A stretch of DNA of 64,000 bases from a virus (Duplodnaviria > Caudoviricetes), in IMG/VR virus record IMGVR_UViG_3300028593_000003; one strand, written 5' to 3'. Shown here in pieces: positions 7,824 to 17,802 of the stretch. Every line of letters starts with the position of its first letter. The first letter of the stretch is position 1. A program made the translations under genes and the position numbers. The notes below the pieces were generated by a model. The model saw nothing but the letters and a program-made list of their open reading frames with translations. It was not told where the DNA came from and ran no database searches.

Positions 7824-10018
7824 GATATGTAGCTGAAACCGTCTTTTTTCTCCGCAATGTATATCCTGTCTATGTCCACATCGTTCACTTCTTTCCTGTG
7901 GCTTACAAGGAACATCTTGCTCCCATCTTCCTGTTGCTTTATTTTCAATATCTGCATAACCTTCTCAATTGAATAACTGTCGAGTGAGCTGTCCAGTATT
8001 TCATCCAGTTCAAGTATATCGGGGAAAATACCCGCCTGTATTCTGGCTATGTCCAGTAGAGCCATCTGTAGAGCGAAATCCACGCTCTTCGCCTCTCCAC
8101 CAGAAAGATTACCGTAAGAGCAATTGGTGATGCCCGGGCCCTTGATTTCCTCGTCCAACCAGTTGTCCAGAACAATATAGAATGAGTGGCCGACTTCCGA
8201 TAGATAATGGTTCACCCTCTTGTTCAAAAACGGGATGATGGAACTGATGGCATACTGCTTAACGTGCTCATCACGACAAATCAATTTTACGAAATCGAGA
8301 TAATCACTCACACCGGCTAATTTGGTTACCTGTGCGGACATTGCCCTCTTCTCCCTCTGAAGTTCTTCAATCTTCTCTTCGTGCTCTTTTATCAATGACT
8401 GAAATCTTTCTTTCGATTCTTTTTCGTGTCTGACCTTCTCTTCCAGTAATAATATTTTATTCTTGAGTGTCTGGATTTTCTCTGCCCGCTCATTCACCTC
8501 TATGAGTTCGATGTTCATCTCCTTCAATTCATCTTCCAGATTTTCTATCTTGTTTGAAATCTTTCCCTGTTCTTTCTTGAGATGTTCCAGTTCCTTTGTC
8601 TTTTCTTTTTTCTCTTTCTGGAAAGAGATGCCATTTTCCCTCTTCTCATCGAGATGTTTGTAACTGTCGAGTTTCCCCCTCAATTCAATCATCTTTATTT
8701 TTATGTCCGTCAAGTTTTTTATTTCCGTATTCAGTTTTATCCTGTTTTCCTTGGCTCCTGTCATTGCCGCTTCGAGAGTTATTTTCTTCTTTTCCAAAGT
8801 TTCTATTTTTTTGTTCAAGTCTTTCGTGCTTTTTGTTTTCTGTTTTGCCAGTTTCTCACTATCAATAAGAGAGCCACAAGTAGGGCATACAGTCACGCCC
8901 AGTAACAATTCAAGGCTGCTCGTAGACGATTTGATGTGTGTTTTGTTCTCTATAATGTCGTGTGTCACAGCATCCAAGTCTTTCCTGATGGCATCCACAT
9001 TGGTATTGATATGATTTACGTCTGTCATCATTGAGGCAATCCTGACATTCAACTCCTCTATTGATGTATGTTCTTTTGTATAAAAGTCATATTCCTTTTT
9101 TACCTGACCGGAAACTTCTATATCCTTGTCCACATCCCCGATTTTTTCCAATTGGCTCTCGATGAACTTTATCTGGCTCTCCGCCCCGGAAATCTTTGAT
9201 ATCAGGTCGTAGTTGGTTCTGGACAACCCGTTCAACTCTTCCTGTCTTTTTCTTTTTTTCTCTTGGAGATTTTCCTGTTTCTTCAGAAGATTTCCATTTT
9301 TACTTTCCTTGTATTCCTTTTTCGCTGTCTCCAACTCATCCTCATAAGACATTATTCCAGATATCTGCTGTTTGATACTCTCGACCTGTCTTTGGATATC
9401 CTCGACATTTTTTTCAATATACTCCCTTCTTGTTTTGTATGTGAATGTCTTGTCAGCCACCACCTTCAATTTTTCATTACACTTGTTGCTCAATTGGCTG
9501 AAAAGCTCCAGACCGAAAACTGTTTCAATGAACTTTCTTTTCTTGTCCGCGGTCATACTCAGTATCGGTACAGATGAATTGAGATTGGAATAGACGAGGG
9601 AAATAAAAGTCTTGAAATCCATACCGATGATTTCTTCCTCTATTTCCTTTTGATAGTCAATCTTATGTGACGGGGTTGGCATCAACCGGCCGTTCTTATA
9701 GACTTCCAACCTATCCGGTTTCAATGCCCTCAAAATCATATACTGCATTCCACCCTTATCGAAGGTGAGACAGACCTCGCAGTTTTTTCTGTTTTTCCAG
9801 TTTACAATACTCTCCTTCCTGACATTCCTGTTCACCTTCCCGAAGAGGGCAAATGGGATTGTCTCAAGGAAACCAGATTTTCCCACGGCATTACTCCTGT
9901 CTTTGGTCACATCGTTTCCCAAGACAAGGTTGAGGCCCGGAAGAAAATCCACATCCTGTACTATTTTTCCATAACTGAAAAAGTTACGAAACTTTACATT
10001 CTTGATTTCAAGTTTCAT
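7814..10018 (-). CDS. gp46: Rad50/SbcC-like recombination ATPase (T4 gp46)
   Basis: FRNFFSYG, Walker A NAVGKS, coiled coils with a CPTC zinc hook, LSGGE signature, LDEILDSSLD, LVSH. Confidence 0.95.
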   Translation of the reverse strand: MKLEIKNVKFRNFFSYGKIVQDVDFLPGLNLVLGNDVTKDRSNAVGKSGFLETIPFALFGKVNRNVRKESIVNWKNRKNCEVCLTFDKGGMQYMILRALKPDRLEVYKNGRLMPTPSHKIDYQKEIEEEIIGMDFKTFISLVYSNLNSSVPILSMTADKKRKFIETVFGLELFSQLSNKCNEKLKVVADKTFTYKTRREYIEKNVEDIQRQVESIKQQISGIMSYEDELETAKKEYKESKNGNLLKKQENLQEKKRKRQEELNGLSRTNYDLISKISGAESQIKFIESQLEKIGDVDKDIEVSGQVKKEYDFYTKEHTSIEELNVRIASMMTDVNHINTNVDAIRKDLDAVTHDIIENKTHIKSSTSSLELLLGVTVCPTCGSLIDSEKLAKQKTKSTKDLNKKIETLEKKKITLEAAMTGAKENRIKLNTEIKNLTDIKIKMIELRGKLDSYKHLDEKRENGISFQKEKKEKTKELEHLKKEQGKISNKIENLEDELKEMNIELIEVNERAEKIQTLKNKILLLEEKVRHEKESKERFQSLIKEHEEKIEELQREKRAMSAQVTKLAGVSDYLDFVKLICRDEHVKQYAISSIIPFLNKRVNHYLSEVGHSFYIVLDNWLDEEIKGPGITNCSYGNLSGGEAKSVDFALQMALLDIARIQAGIFPDILELDEILDSSLDSYSIEKVMQILKIKQQEDGSKMFLVSHRKEVNDVDIDRIYIAEKKDGFSYISLQ

Positions 10019-10320
10019 TATTCTTCTTTTGCTGTGGCGTCTTTCTTATCCTGTATTTGTCGGGCAAGACCCAAAAGGGCGTAACCGGCGATGTCCTGAT
10101 ACGGACTTTCTCCAAGTGCATTTGGACTTGTTGCCAATCTGAATAATTTGTCAAGTATCCTCACTACACAAAGAGCATCATCCATCTGTTCGGTCTTTAT
10201 TCCCTCCGGATAAAGTATCTTCATAACCTTACCAGACTGACCGAAACTGTCACCGTAAGCAAGTTGCTTCTTTGTGACTATTTTTCCTACAGCTTGTCCT
10301 ATTTTTTCATAATCTGCCAT
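10018..10320 (-). CDS. Nucleotide-modification-associated domain protein (DUF1599/Nmad1-like)
   Basis: KKQLAYGDSF, DKLFR and ESPYQDIAGYALL motifs. Confidence 0.65.
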   Translation of the reverse strand: MADYEKIGQAVGKIVTKKQLAYGDSFGQSGKVMKILYPEGIKTEQMDDALCVVRILDKLFRLATSPNALGESPYQDIAGYALLGLARQIQDKKDATAKEE

Positions 10321-10713
10321 TTATTCCACCTCAAACAATTTATTATCAAGTGCGGGTTCGTATCCTTCTTCTCTTTTTTTGTATTCTCTCAATTGTGAAA
10401 GATTTTTCATCAATCCTTTCTTGAAAAAAATAAATTCCCTGAATGGTAAGCCAAGAACTTCCTCTATTTCTTCCAATGTGAGACTGTTTTTCATCTCATA
10501 GGTTTTGTGGAGAAAATCCAATCTGTCTATGAGCTGAATAAAATCATCCACAGTTTCGGCTCTGGCCAAGTAATCCCGAATTACTTTCAAAATATCTTTC
10601 GGGTCACAGAAGTGTCTCCAAGTATATGATGGGCCCGCAGTAGCCGTATTCGAATCCCAATATACATTATACTCATTATAATTCACATTGTTTATATTAT
10701 TGAATATGCTCAT
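10321..10713 (-). CDS. Hypothetical protein
   Basis: 130-aa coupled ORF. Confidence 0.6.
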   Translation of the reverse strand: MSIFNNINNVNYNEYNVYWDSNTATAGPSYTWRHFCDPKDILKVIRDYLARAETVDDFIQLIDRLDFLHKTYEMKNSLTLEEIEEVLGLPFREFIFFKKGLMKNLSQLREYKKREEGYEPALDNKLFEVE

Positions 10714-11711
10714 TATGCGTCCTCTTTCAATAAACCACTTATGACTTGTCTCAATGTGGCTATTTTTATGTGGTCTGGTTTTTCCATTTTCTCAATATAC
10801 TCTGTCAATATGTCACGGGTACTTTTCAACTGGATATTTTCTGTATCGTCACCATTCGCACTCACGATATTGGATGACATTCTCGCAAAGTCCGTGAATA
10901 ACTGGATTGGCTGATATATCTGTACTTGCTCCAGTATTTTCATATTCTCCGATGTTCCGTAATCCTTTTTGTATACCAGTTTTACAATGTTTCCCCGTAT
11001 CTTTTCCGGTTTGATCTGTTCATCAGTTGTGACAACTACAAATTCCGGTGCGTCCTTGTACTGTATGAACTCAAGTTTGTCATCCTCAAAAACATAATAC
11101 CCCCTCTTGCTTCCCGCATCCCCGAAATTGAACTGGAACGGGGCGCCCAGATAAGTAATGTTATTTTTATGTGAGGGAATATGAAAGTGGCCGGAAAAGA
11201 CCTGCTCAAATCTGGAAAAATTCGTGATGTTTATATCGGACTTGTAAAACTCAAATCTCTGTACGACAGGGAACCCGTTGATTTCGAAGTGACCAAGAGC
11301 ATATCGGGCATCCGGAATGTCCTTCATCTCTGTGGCCCAAGGAACCATCACCATATCTTCCATTACTGTGACTTCATCTATTATTTTGATGTTTGGATGT
11401 TCCTCAAATACACTCAAACTCGTAGGATGGATTTTGTCCTTGTAGAATGTATCGTGGTTCCCGATAATAATAAAGACTTCGAGTTTGGCTTCGTGAAGGA
11501 GTTCGGCGATCTTCAGGGCATTGGATAGTGTCTTGATATTGAGATGTCTCCTGTTATCGAAGAAATCTCCCAAGTGAATAATCCTATCAATACACCTTTT
11601 TTTGCATACGTCTATAATTTCTTTGAAGAGAAGAATGGTTGCATCGTGCCATAAATCGGCCGACTTGTAAATTCCAAGATGGGTGTCACCGACAAGTAAA
11701 CAATTTTTCAT
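10713..11711 (-). CDS. gp47: Mre11/SbcD-like nuclease (T4 gp47)
   Basis: Metallophosphoesterase motifs GDTHLG, LGDFFD, GNHD, GHFE, SGHFH. Confidence 0.95.
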   Translation of the reverse strand: MKNCLLVGDTHLGIYKSADLWHDATILLFKEIIDVCKKRCIDRIIHLGDFFDNRRHLNIKTLSNALKIAELLHEAKLEVFIIIGNHDTFYKDKIHPTSLSVFEEHPNIKIIDEVTVMEDMVMVPWATEMKDIPDARYALGHFEINGFPVVQRFEFYKSDINITNFSRFEQVFSGHFHIPSHKNNITYLGAPFQFNFGDAGSKRGYYVFEDDKLEFIQYKDAPEFVVVTTDEQIKPEKIRGNIVKLVYKKDYGTSENMKILEQVQIYQPIQLFTDFARMSSNIVSANGDDTENIQLKSTRDILTEYIEKMEKPDHIKIATLRQVISGLLKEDA

Positions 11712-12121
11712 TATTCTTTTTCACGGATTGCTTCATAGTTGATGGCGCTGTTAGCCGGTTTATTCGCCAGAAGTGAATACTCACGGTAACAGATATCTTT
11801 TATGTCACTATGTTTGTTCTGCTCCTTTATGTAGGTCAGGAAGGCATTTTTGCATATCTGTGTAATGTATGCAAAAGCGTTTTGTGATTTGGCTTCATCA
11901 AAGTTCCGGAGATACTTCAGACAAGTCAGAACAGCCTCCGAAATCATATCTTTTTTCCAAGTGTAACCTGCGAAGCTCCCTTTGGATGAAAAGTTTTCTG
12001 CTATTATCAGCAACATTCTCCCCAAATTTTCCGAGGCTCGGCCATTGGTTTTATAAATCACAATTTCAGCTAATAAATCACTATTTTTGATGTAATAATT
12101 GTCACCTTTTTTTGACATCAA
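11711..12121 (-). CDS. gp55: Late transcription sigma factor (T4 gp55-like)
   Basis: YIKNSDLL, FAGYTWKKDMISEAV, NFDEAKSQNAFAYITQI; lies upstream of gp47/gp46 as in T4. Confidence 0.92.
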   Translation of the reverse strand: MMSKKGDNYYIKNSDLLAEIVIYKTNGRASENLGRMLLIIAENFSSKGSFAGYTWKKDMISEAVLTCLKYLRNFDEAKSQNAFAYITQICKNAFLTYIKEQNKHSDIKDICYREYSLLANKPANSAINYEAIREKE

Positions 12122-12142
12122 TTCCTCATTGTTACTGTAGAT

Positions 12143-12171
12143 ATTCTACACTATTTTGGAGCAAAGGTAAA
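12143..12171 (-). promoter_or_regulatory. Sigma70-type promoter upstream of gp55
   Basis: GTTTACC-17 nt-TAGAAT, similar to the T4 early -35 element GTTTAC. Confidence 0.65.
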
Positions 12172-12186
12172 CCTATAGGTGAAAAG

Positions 12187-12549
12187 TTATGATTTATTGT
12201 TTTGTTTTGAGATTTGATTTTCCAGATGTAGCTGTAGCCGGCTCAAATTACCGGATGCTTCAAGGTATTTCCTTCTGATATTTTCGTTTTTTGTTCGCAG
12301 TTTGTCTATTTCATAACCATCAAGGCAAAAGTCAAATTTGAGCTTTCCCCTATAATTTTTCTTCAATTGCTTGTTGAGTTCATTTATCTCTTCAATTATA
12401 TTTCTGTCCAGCTTATGCTTTTCCAGCATTTCGGACACTATTTCACGGTTAGCCGTGTTCACCTGATCCGTCAACTTGATGTTCAATGCCCGAAATATAT
12501 TGGTCTTGTTATCAAGACCCGAATTTGATAAGTGTTTCAGTAATCTCAT
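12187..12549 (-). CDS. Hypothetical protein
   Basis: 120-aa ORF coupled to the upstream gene. Confidence 0.6.
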   Translation of the reverse strand: MRLLKHLSNSGLDNKTNIFRALNIKLTDQVNTANREIVSEMLEKHKLDRNIIEEINELNKQLKKNYRGKLKFDFCLDGYEIDKLRTKNENIRRKYLEASGNLSRLQLHLENQISKQNNKS

Positions 12550-13196
12550 TATCCAACAAGAGTGATATAACTTTCGTTATTGTCAATTTTCCAAATTCTT
12601 ACAACATTGGCCGTCAGAGATTCTGCGACAATTTCCACAGTCTGTTTTGTGTCAACATCCCAGCATTGCACCAAAGGCCATTCATTATTGAAATTGTGGG
12701 TTATATCATATCTGTAGTTTCCCCACGGGCCTTCGAATGGATCATCTTCCGGTGGGATGGGCCCAACCCACTCGCTCGGAATAATATGTGTCACAAGTAT
12801 TTGCGCCCTTTCATTCCAGCTTTTTGCGAGAGCATTACTTACTGTTTTATTTTTTGTGACATCGGTATCGAGTTCATCAACTTCCGCCGTTGCGAGAGCA
12901 ATTTCAACATAGTCAACATACCCGTCATCAATAATGCCGGGTTTTGACCAGGCAATTTTGAACTTCTGCCCCGTGTACCCCTGAGATTCCAAACCGTCAC
13001 CAATCCAAAATTCAAAATAACCGTCCGATGTTGTGGTGACTTGAGGAGGTGTGTTGTCCGGTGGGGCTGCGCCACTTTCAGATTTGTATACCCAGGCGGG
13101 GGTGGATGAATTTGCCAGATAAACAGAAATCTCGGCCCCGTTTACTGGTTGACCTTCTTCGTTTTGTAGATAATGCCAAAAATGTGTTCTTGCCAT
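12549..13196 (-). CDS. Virion baseplate/tail-associated protein
   Basis: Ig-like N-terminus (GQPVNGAEISVY, TTSDGYFEFW). The C-terminal DITHNFNNEWPLVQCW module is shared with the upstream gene. Confidence 0.6.
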   Translation of the reverse strand: MARTHFWHYLQNEEGQPVNGAEISVYLANSSTPAWVYKSESGAAPPDNTPPQVTTTSDGYFEFWIGDGLESQGYTGQKFKIAWSKPGIIDDGYVDYVEIALATAEVDELDTDVTKNKTVSNALAKSWNERAQILVTHIIPSEWVGPIPPEDDPFEGPWGNYRYDITHNFNNEWPLVQCWDVDTKQTVEIVAESLTANVVRIWKIDNNESYITLVG

Positions 13197-13207
13197 ATTT
13201 TTACCTC

Positions 13208-15385
13208 TTATTTGATTGCTAATTCAATTCTATAAAATATTTTTAACTCGACTTCAGCCGGTTTGAAAATCGGGCTACAAGCACTATACCATACCAGATC
13301 ATCATACAGATTATACAATCCCATTTCTGTGATTGTCAAGTCCGTGGGTGTTTTGGGCACAACGGCTGTAAAATAATAATACTGGCTATCACCTCTCGAT
13401 GTAACCGGATGTGTACTGATCAAATTTTTCAAAGTGCCGTAATATTTAGCATTCCAATGCCTTGTATCCTCACCATTACCAATTCCAAGATAGGAAGTGT
13501 CTGCGGCCATACCATCCATATCGGAAAAAGTTTGACCTATTGACCTGACTACGGCGGTTCCGGATACCGGCTCTGAAAATGTAATAGTGCATCTACTCGT
13601 AGTATTTATCGTGATTTCCTTTGGTATAATCAGATTATCATCACCATCATACACTTCAACGTGGAGGCCGTAGGCATTGAGGCCGTGGACAACATACCAT
13701 ATATCCTGTTCACCATCAGGATGATATATATAGGCGGCCTGACCCAGTTGGATACTTCCCGCCTGTGTGGATGAAAATATCGCGGTTATGGTATCATCAT
13801 CATCAATGTGAACTTCCAGAGGCATAAATACATCGAAATTCGATTCTCTCAATTGTACAATCGGATATTTTTCTGATAATGTGTGGTCAATATTCCAAGA
13901 AGCCGCTGATGGGCCGAGTATTGTCTGTGTATATTCCGGCACGGCGACAAAACAATGGCCGTTTGCTGGATTGTATTCATCCCAATATATCCTGATGTGA
14001 TTTGATGAAATTGTTTCTATTCTTGCCGGGAATATTCTTTCATAAAATACATTGTAACATTGAACCATCGGCATCATCGTTCTCAAGTTATGATGAATAT
14101 CCCAAATGGATGACAATGACATTCTACTGTAAACGGCCGTTGCTCCAATGGTTCCCACCGCCAGAGGTTTTACACACCAAGACATAAGAAAAGCAGAATA
14201 GGCCGCGCCATAAAGTGATGTCGGCGCGGGGCCGAAATGTGTCAACGGAGAAATCAACTGCTGATAATCCGCCACTCTTGCCACAGGACGAAACTCTTCC
14301 CAATATTCCAGAAGATTGTCCATAATATTTTCATTGATAATATAATCAGAACCAAAAGGGGCCCCTGTCAAATCCATCTGGACTTTGTAGTGAGGTGAGA
14401 GGATTTTTCCTGTTGGCCAATCATACAATGTCGGATAACCACCGCTTCCGGTTGTTTCTACGCTGTGATAAAATCCCTCTCCTGCCGGCCCTACTGGTAT
14501 CGTTGAGTTGTACGAAGGATTGGCAATGTAAAGATAATCCTCAAAATACGGAAGAGGAATATCTTCAGGGTCTATGACCTGATGCCATCTCTCATACACA
14601 TTGAGGAAATTGGGTGTTCCACCAACTATAGCCCTCCAAATAATATAGAGTGATGTATATGTTCCTTTCCTTTTCAGGAGAGCCGGGAGATTTTCAACCC
14701 ACGCTCTCTGTGAAGGAACATCATCGAGCAAATTCGGGATTGTTACGTCAAACATATTTCCAATATAGTAGAGATAGTCACTATCAGTCTCCTTTGGATC
14801 CGAAAGTGTAAGGACGTTCTTGAGGCGGTTATAGATTTCCTGATATTGCTGGTCAAAAGAAACTTGGAGAAACTCCGTAAATCTGTCTGTCCTATTATTT
14901 TCAGGTAATGCGTCAACTACATAATCCTTCATACCGTAAAAAATAACATTGAAGAAGTTTTCGTTTGTATCGGGATATATCTTACCGAAATAGAGATATA
15001 CCAAATTTGTATTGACAAAGTTTTCCCAATCCGTATTGTCATTTACAAAATCGTGGAATTGACAGTCCTTTCGGAAATAGATTTCCGAATCGGCATAATA
15101 ATTCAACAAATCGTTCCAAGTGACTTGTGGTGCCCTATAATTGTCAACGGGCCCGTAGAACTTGAAAACATTTTCTTCCGGTGTTCCCCCCACCGGAACC
15201 CCCTTTATTCTCAAGTAACCATCATCTGTTTTCAAAAACAAATCGACACCGTAACCAAATCTTGCTATCATACCGGATGACGGCCCCTTCAAGTGAGCCT
15301 TCTTCGGATATTCTGTTCCATAAGGATCAATATTCTGAACAAACTGCTGAACTATAAAATATGGTGAATCGCAAAATCTGGCCAT
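13208..15385 (-). CDS. Baseplate wedge protein (gp7/P2 gpI-like) with three tandem WxIxHxL modules
   Basis: LSDPKETD...YL...RKGT wedge motif; follows gp6; three ~65-aa repeats near the C-terminus. Confidence 0.65.
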   Translation of the reverse strand: MARFCDSPYFIVQQFVQNIDPYGTEYPKKAHLKGPSSGMIARFGYGVDLFLKTDDGYLRIKGVPVGGTPEENVFKFYGPVDNYRAPQVTWNDLLNYYADSEIYFRKDCQFHDFVNDNTDWENFVNTNLVYLYFGKIYPDTNENFFNVIFYGMKDYVVDALPENNRTDRFTEFLQVSFDQQYQEIYNRLKNVLTLSDPKETDSDYLYYIGNMFDVTIPNLLDDVPSQRAWVENLPALLKRKGTYTSLYIIWRAIVGGTPNFLNVYERWHQVIDPEDIPLPYFEDYLYIANPSYNSTIPVGPAGEGFYHSVETTGSGGYPTLYDWPTGKILSPHYKVQMDLTGAPFGSDYIINENIMDNLLEYWEEFRPVARVADYQQLISPLTHFGPAPTSLYGAAYSAFLMSWCVKPLAVGTIGATAVYSRMSLSSIWDIHHNLRTMMPMVQCYNVFYERIFPARIETISSNHIRIYWDEYNPANGHCFVAVPEYTQTILGPSAASWNIDHTLSEKYPIVQLRESNFDVFMPLEVHIDDDDTITAIFSSTQAGSIQLGQAAYIYHPDGEQDIWYVVHGLNAYGLHVEVYDGDDNLIIPKEITINTTSRCTITFSEPVSGTAVVRSIGQTFSDMDGMAADTSYLGIGNGEDTRHWNAKYYGTLKNLISTHPVTSRGDSQYYYFTAVVPKTPTDLTITEMGLYNLYDDLVWYSACSPIFKPAEVELKIFYRIELAIK

Positions 15386-17094
15386 TACGTTTCCTCTGAA
15401 AATTCACAGTTACCCAGTAGTAATGCTGGGAACTGGTTATGACCGAGTTGTATTTTTCTCAATTTATTTTCGCCCGGATAAGTTGAGGCCTCTTCAATAT
15501 AGTATGGGTATAGACCGCTAATATTCGGCTCATACACCGAATGGGTGTCACAATCAACATTTCTTACAATCAGATTTTGAATACCCTTTACCTGCGACCA
15601 AGTTTCCCCACTTGTTGATGTTTCAGCCGTATCCATAATATAATTTACAATGTCAATGTGAGAAATTATCTCATTGAAAGCTCTGTTCTTCGATTCAAAA
15701 TAATATTGCAATTTACTTCTCACATCATTCATTACATCCGTATAAACATATGTCCTTTTTATCTTGATGCCCATATCGAAGGAGAAATACACAAGGTCTG
15801 GCAACTCATACAGTTCATAAGTAGTCAGTATTTTCCTTGGCTCAAGATAAGTGGAGATTTCCTCTTCCCAGCTCTGAGAATAAGCAGAAGGTACTATAAT
15901 TTCGTCATTCGTACCACTTGACGAATAAGAAATTGTACTATCTCCCCATTCATCCGGTATCAAGGAAATGTGAACCCTGTTATATTCTTGAATGCTACCC
16001 GAAGGAGCGATTTCCTGTTCCCCCCAAACATGCGCAGCAATAACATCAGACCTCGCCTCAAGATGTGTAGTGTAGTCTCTCTTCGTCACATTCCTATACT
16101 GTGAATGAATTGCTCCGGTTGAAGCGCTCTTTATTTCAGCGATTGTTTCGGGGCCGGAGGATCCCGTTGTGGCCAATTCATTTATGGCAGTATATTCCGT
16201 CAATGGAACATCCAATCCGGTTGTCCTGTTTGTCATAAAAGTTGTTTCTGGTGATGTAATTGTTCCCCCGCCGGCAGCACTATTCAATCCTGCGCTCTTC
16301 AAAAGATAAACAACTATGTCATCCGTGAGATTTGGAACATTTCTGTTGGTAGAAAACTCAACAAGATATTTTTCATACTTGTCAAATCTGAACATATAAA
16401 CAGTATCTATAGTTGATAATCCTGATAATTCGTCATAAAAATCAGAAATCCTTGTCCAGATTTCATCGTTGACTTGAACCTCGACAGACGGATGTTCCGT
16501 TTCATCAATATCATCATCATAATCATAATTTTCAAAAGGAAGATAGAGAATGTTGTCAATCAAATCCTCTCCGCGATATGAATATGTTCTTACGATGCCC
16601 TGTCTTATTGGAACCTTTTCTGTGAGAGTATATGGAAAGGTTGCTGAAGTGGGAATGGTATATGTGAAATCCGCAATGGTTGAAAATCTCAATATATCTC
16701 CATTTTCGTCCGTGAGATCTGGAGCGTCAATTTGTTTCCATCTCTGGATGTGGATTTCATCGCCAGGAGATATAGAAGCACTCGTAGTAATTGTAATTGT
16801 CAAATCTGTCTGGGCAGACCTATATCCCTGTGGATTGTACCCCCTCAATCTCGAAAGCATATGAACAGTTTCATATAAATCCGCCGTATCTATATATTGA
16901 TTTTTTGCCACTTTATTTGTATAGTAAGTAGTAAGTGCGCCAAGATAGGCAATCAACTCTATGAGTAGAGTAATATTACTACCCTCATAATTATAATCAG
17001 CAAAGGTGGTTGTATTCTCAAGTAAATCGGCTATCCTTGCCTTTATAGTAGTAAAATCCATATTCAAATAATCTGGAATTAATGTATTTCCCAT
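15385..17094 (-). CDS. gp6: Baseplate wedge subunit (T4 gp6)
   Basis: MDFTTIK, FADYNYEGSNITLLIELIAY, YIDTA, GPETIAEIK, QYRNVTKRDY. Confidence 0.92.
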   Translation of the reverse strand: MGNTLIPDYLNMDFTTIKARIADLLENTTTFADYNYEGSNITLLIELIAYLGALTTYYTNKVAKNQYIDTADLYETVHMLSRLRGYNPQGYRSAQTDLTITITTSASISPGDEIHIQRWKQIDAPDLTDENGDILRFSTIADFTYTIPTSATFPYTLTEKVPIRQGIVRTYSYRGEDLIDNILYLPFENYDYDDDIDETEHPSVEVQVNDEIWTRISDFYDELSGLSTIDTVYMFRFDKYEKYLVEFSTNRNVPNLTDDIVVYLLKSAGLNSAAGGGTITSPETTFMTNRTTGLDVPLTEYTAINELATTGSSGPETIAEIKSASTGAIHSQYRNVTKRDYTTHLEARSDVIAAHVWGEQEIAPSGSIQEYNRVHISLIPDEWGDSTISYSSSGTNDEIIVPSAYSQSWEEEISTYLEPRKILTTYELYELPDLVYFSFDMGIKIKRTYVYTDVMNDVRSKLQYYFESKNRAFNEIISHIDIVNYIMDTAETSTSGETWSQVKGIQNLIVRNVDCDTHSVYEPNISGLYPYYIEEASTYPGENKLRKIQLGHNQFPALLLGNCEFSEET

Positions 17095-17096
17095 AA

Positions 17097-17504
17097 TTAT
17101 ATCCTCTTCAAAACAAAAATTATTCTATCCACATCACGGTAACTTGATCCTCTTATCGAATATGTCACCGTTATGTTATATTGCATTCCCTCATAGTCCG
17201 CTTCTACATTAATGTTTATTATTTCAATTCTATCATCCCAACCGGCTAATTCCTGTAGTATTGTATTTCCAATATCTCTGGCCGTTATTTCATCTATTGG
17301 CTCGAAAAGAAATCTTTCAAGCTGTGCACCAAAAGTCGGTAGCATTCTTCTACTTCCTTTTTTTGTCCTCAAGATATTTCTCAAAGAGTTTTTAACGGCT
17401 TCATATTCTGTTACCCTTCTAACATCCCCATCGGCTTGGCGGGGCATTTCTATATCAAAGTCCGAATAAATGTCTGTAACTGTATATGTAAACTTTCCAG
17501 GCAT
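17097..17504 (-). CDS. gp25: Baseplate sheath initiator (T4 gp25)
   Basis: YSDFD, AVKNSLRNILRTKKGSRRMLPTFG, LFEP. Confidence 0.92.
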   Translation of the reverse strand: MPGKFTYTVTDIYSDFDIEMPRQADGDVRRVTEYEAVKNSLRNILRTKKGSRRMLPTFGAQLERFLFEPIDEITARDIGNTILQELAGWDDRIEIININVEADYEGMQYNITVTYSIRGSSYRDVDRIIFVLKRI

Positions 17505-17507
17505 TTT

Positions 17508-17801
17508 TTATTCACAATCGACATTGGGTGACCCGGCAACTATAGTTCCACTAAAAGTGCCGGAGAAAGAATCACCTATTCGTGCGATTGCCCTCCCATT
17601 AGCATTTGTTTTTGATGCACCAGAAACAATTGTTCCGTAATGCCCACAGTTCGCTCTCACTCTGTCACCCACTCTTGCCACACCTATACTATTCGCATTC
17701 ACATCCGGAGAACACTCTACAATAACACCATTCTGATGCCCGTGATCTCCCGCGGAACAATGTCCTGTAACTGCATCTCCTAATCTACTTACTTTTGCCA
17801 T
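17508..17801 (-). CDS. PAAR-repeat spike tip (gp5.4-like)
   Basis: SRLGD, ARVGD and ARIGD repeats with Cys/His ligands. Confidence 0.9.
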   Translation of the reverse strand: MAKVSRLGDAVTGHCSAGDHGHQNGVIVECSPDVNANSIGVARVGDRVRANCGHYGTIVSGASKTNANGRAIARIGDSFSGTFSGTIVAGSPNVDCE

Positions 17802-17802
17802 A

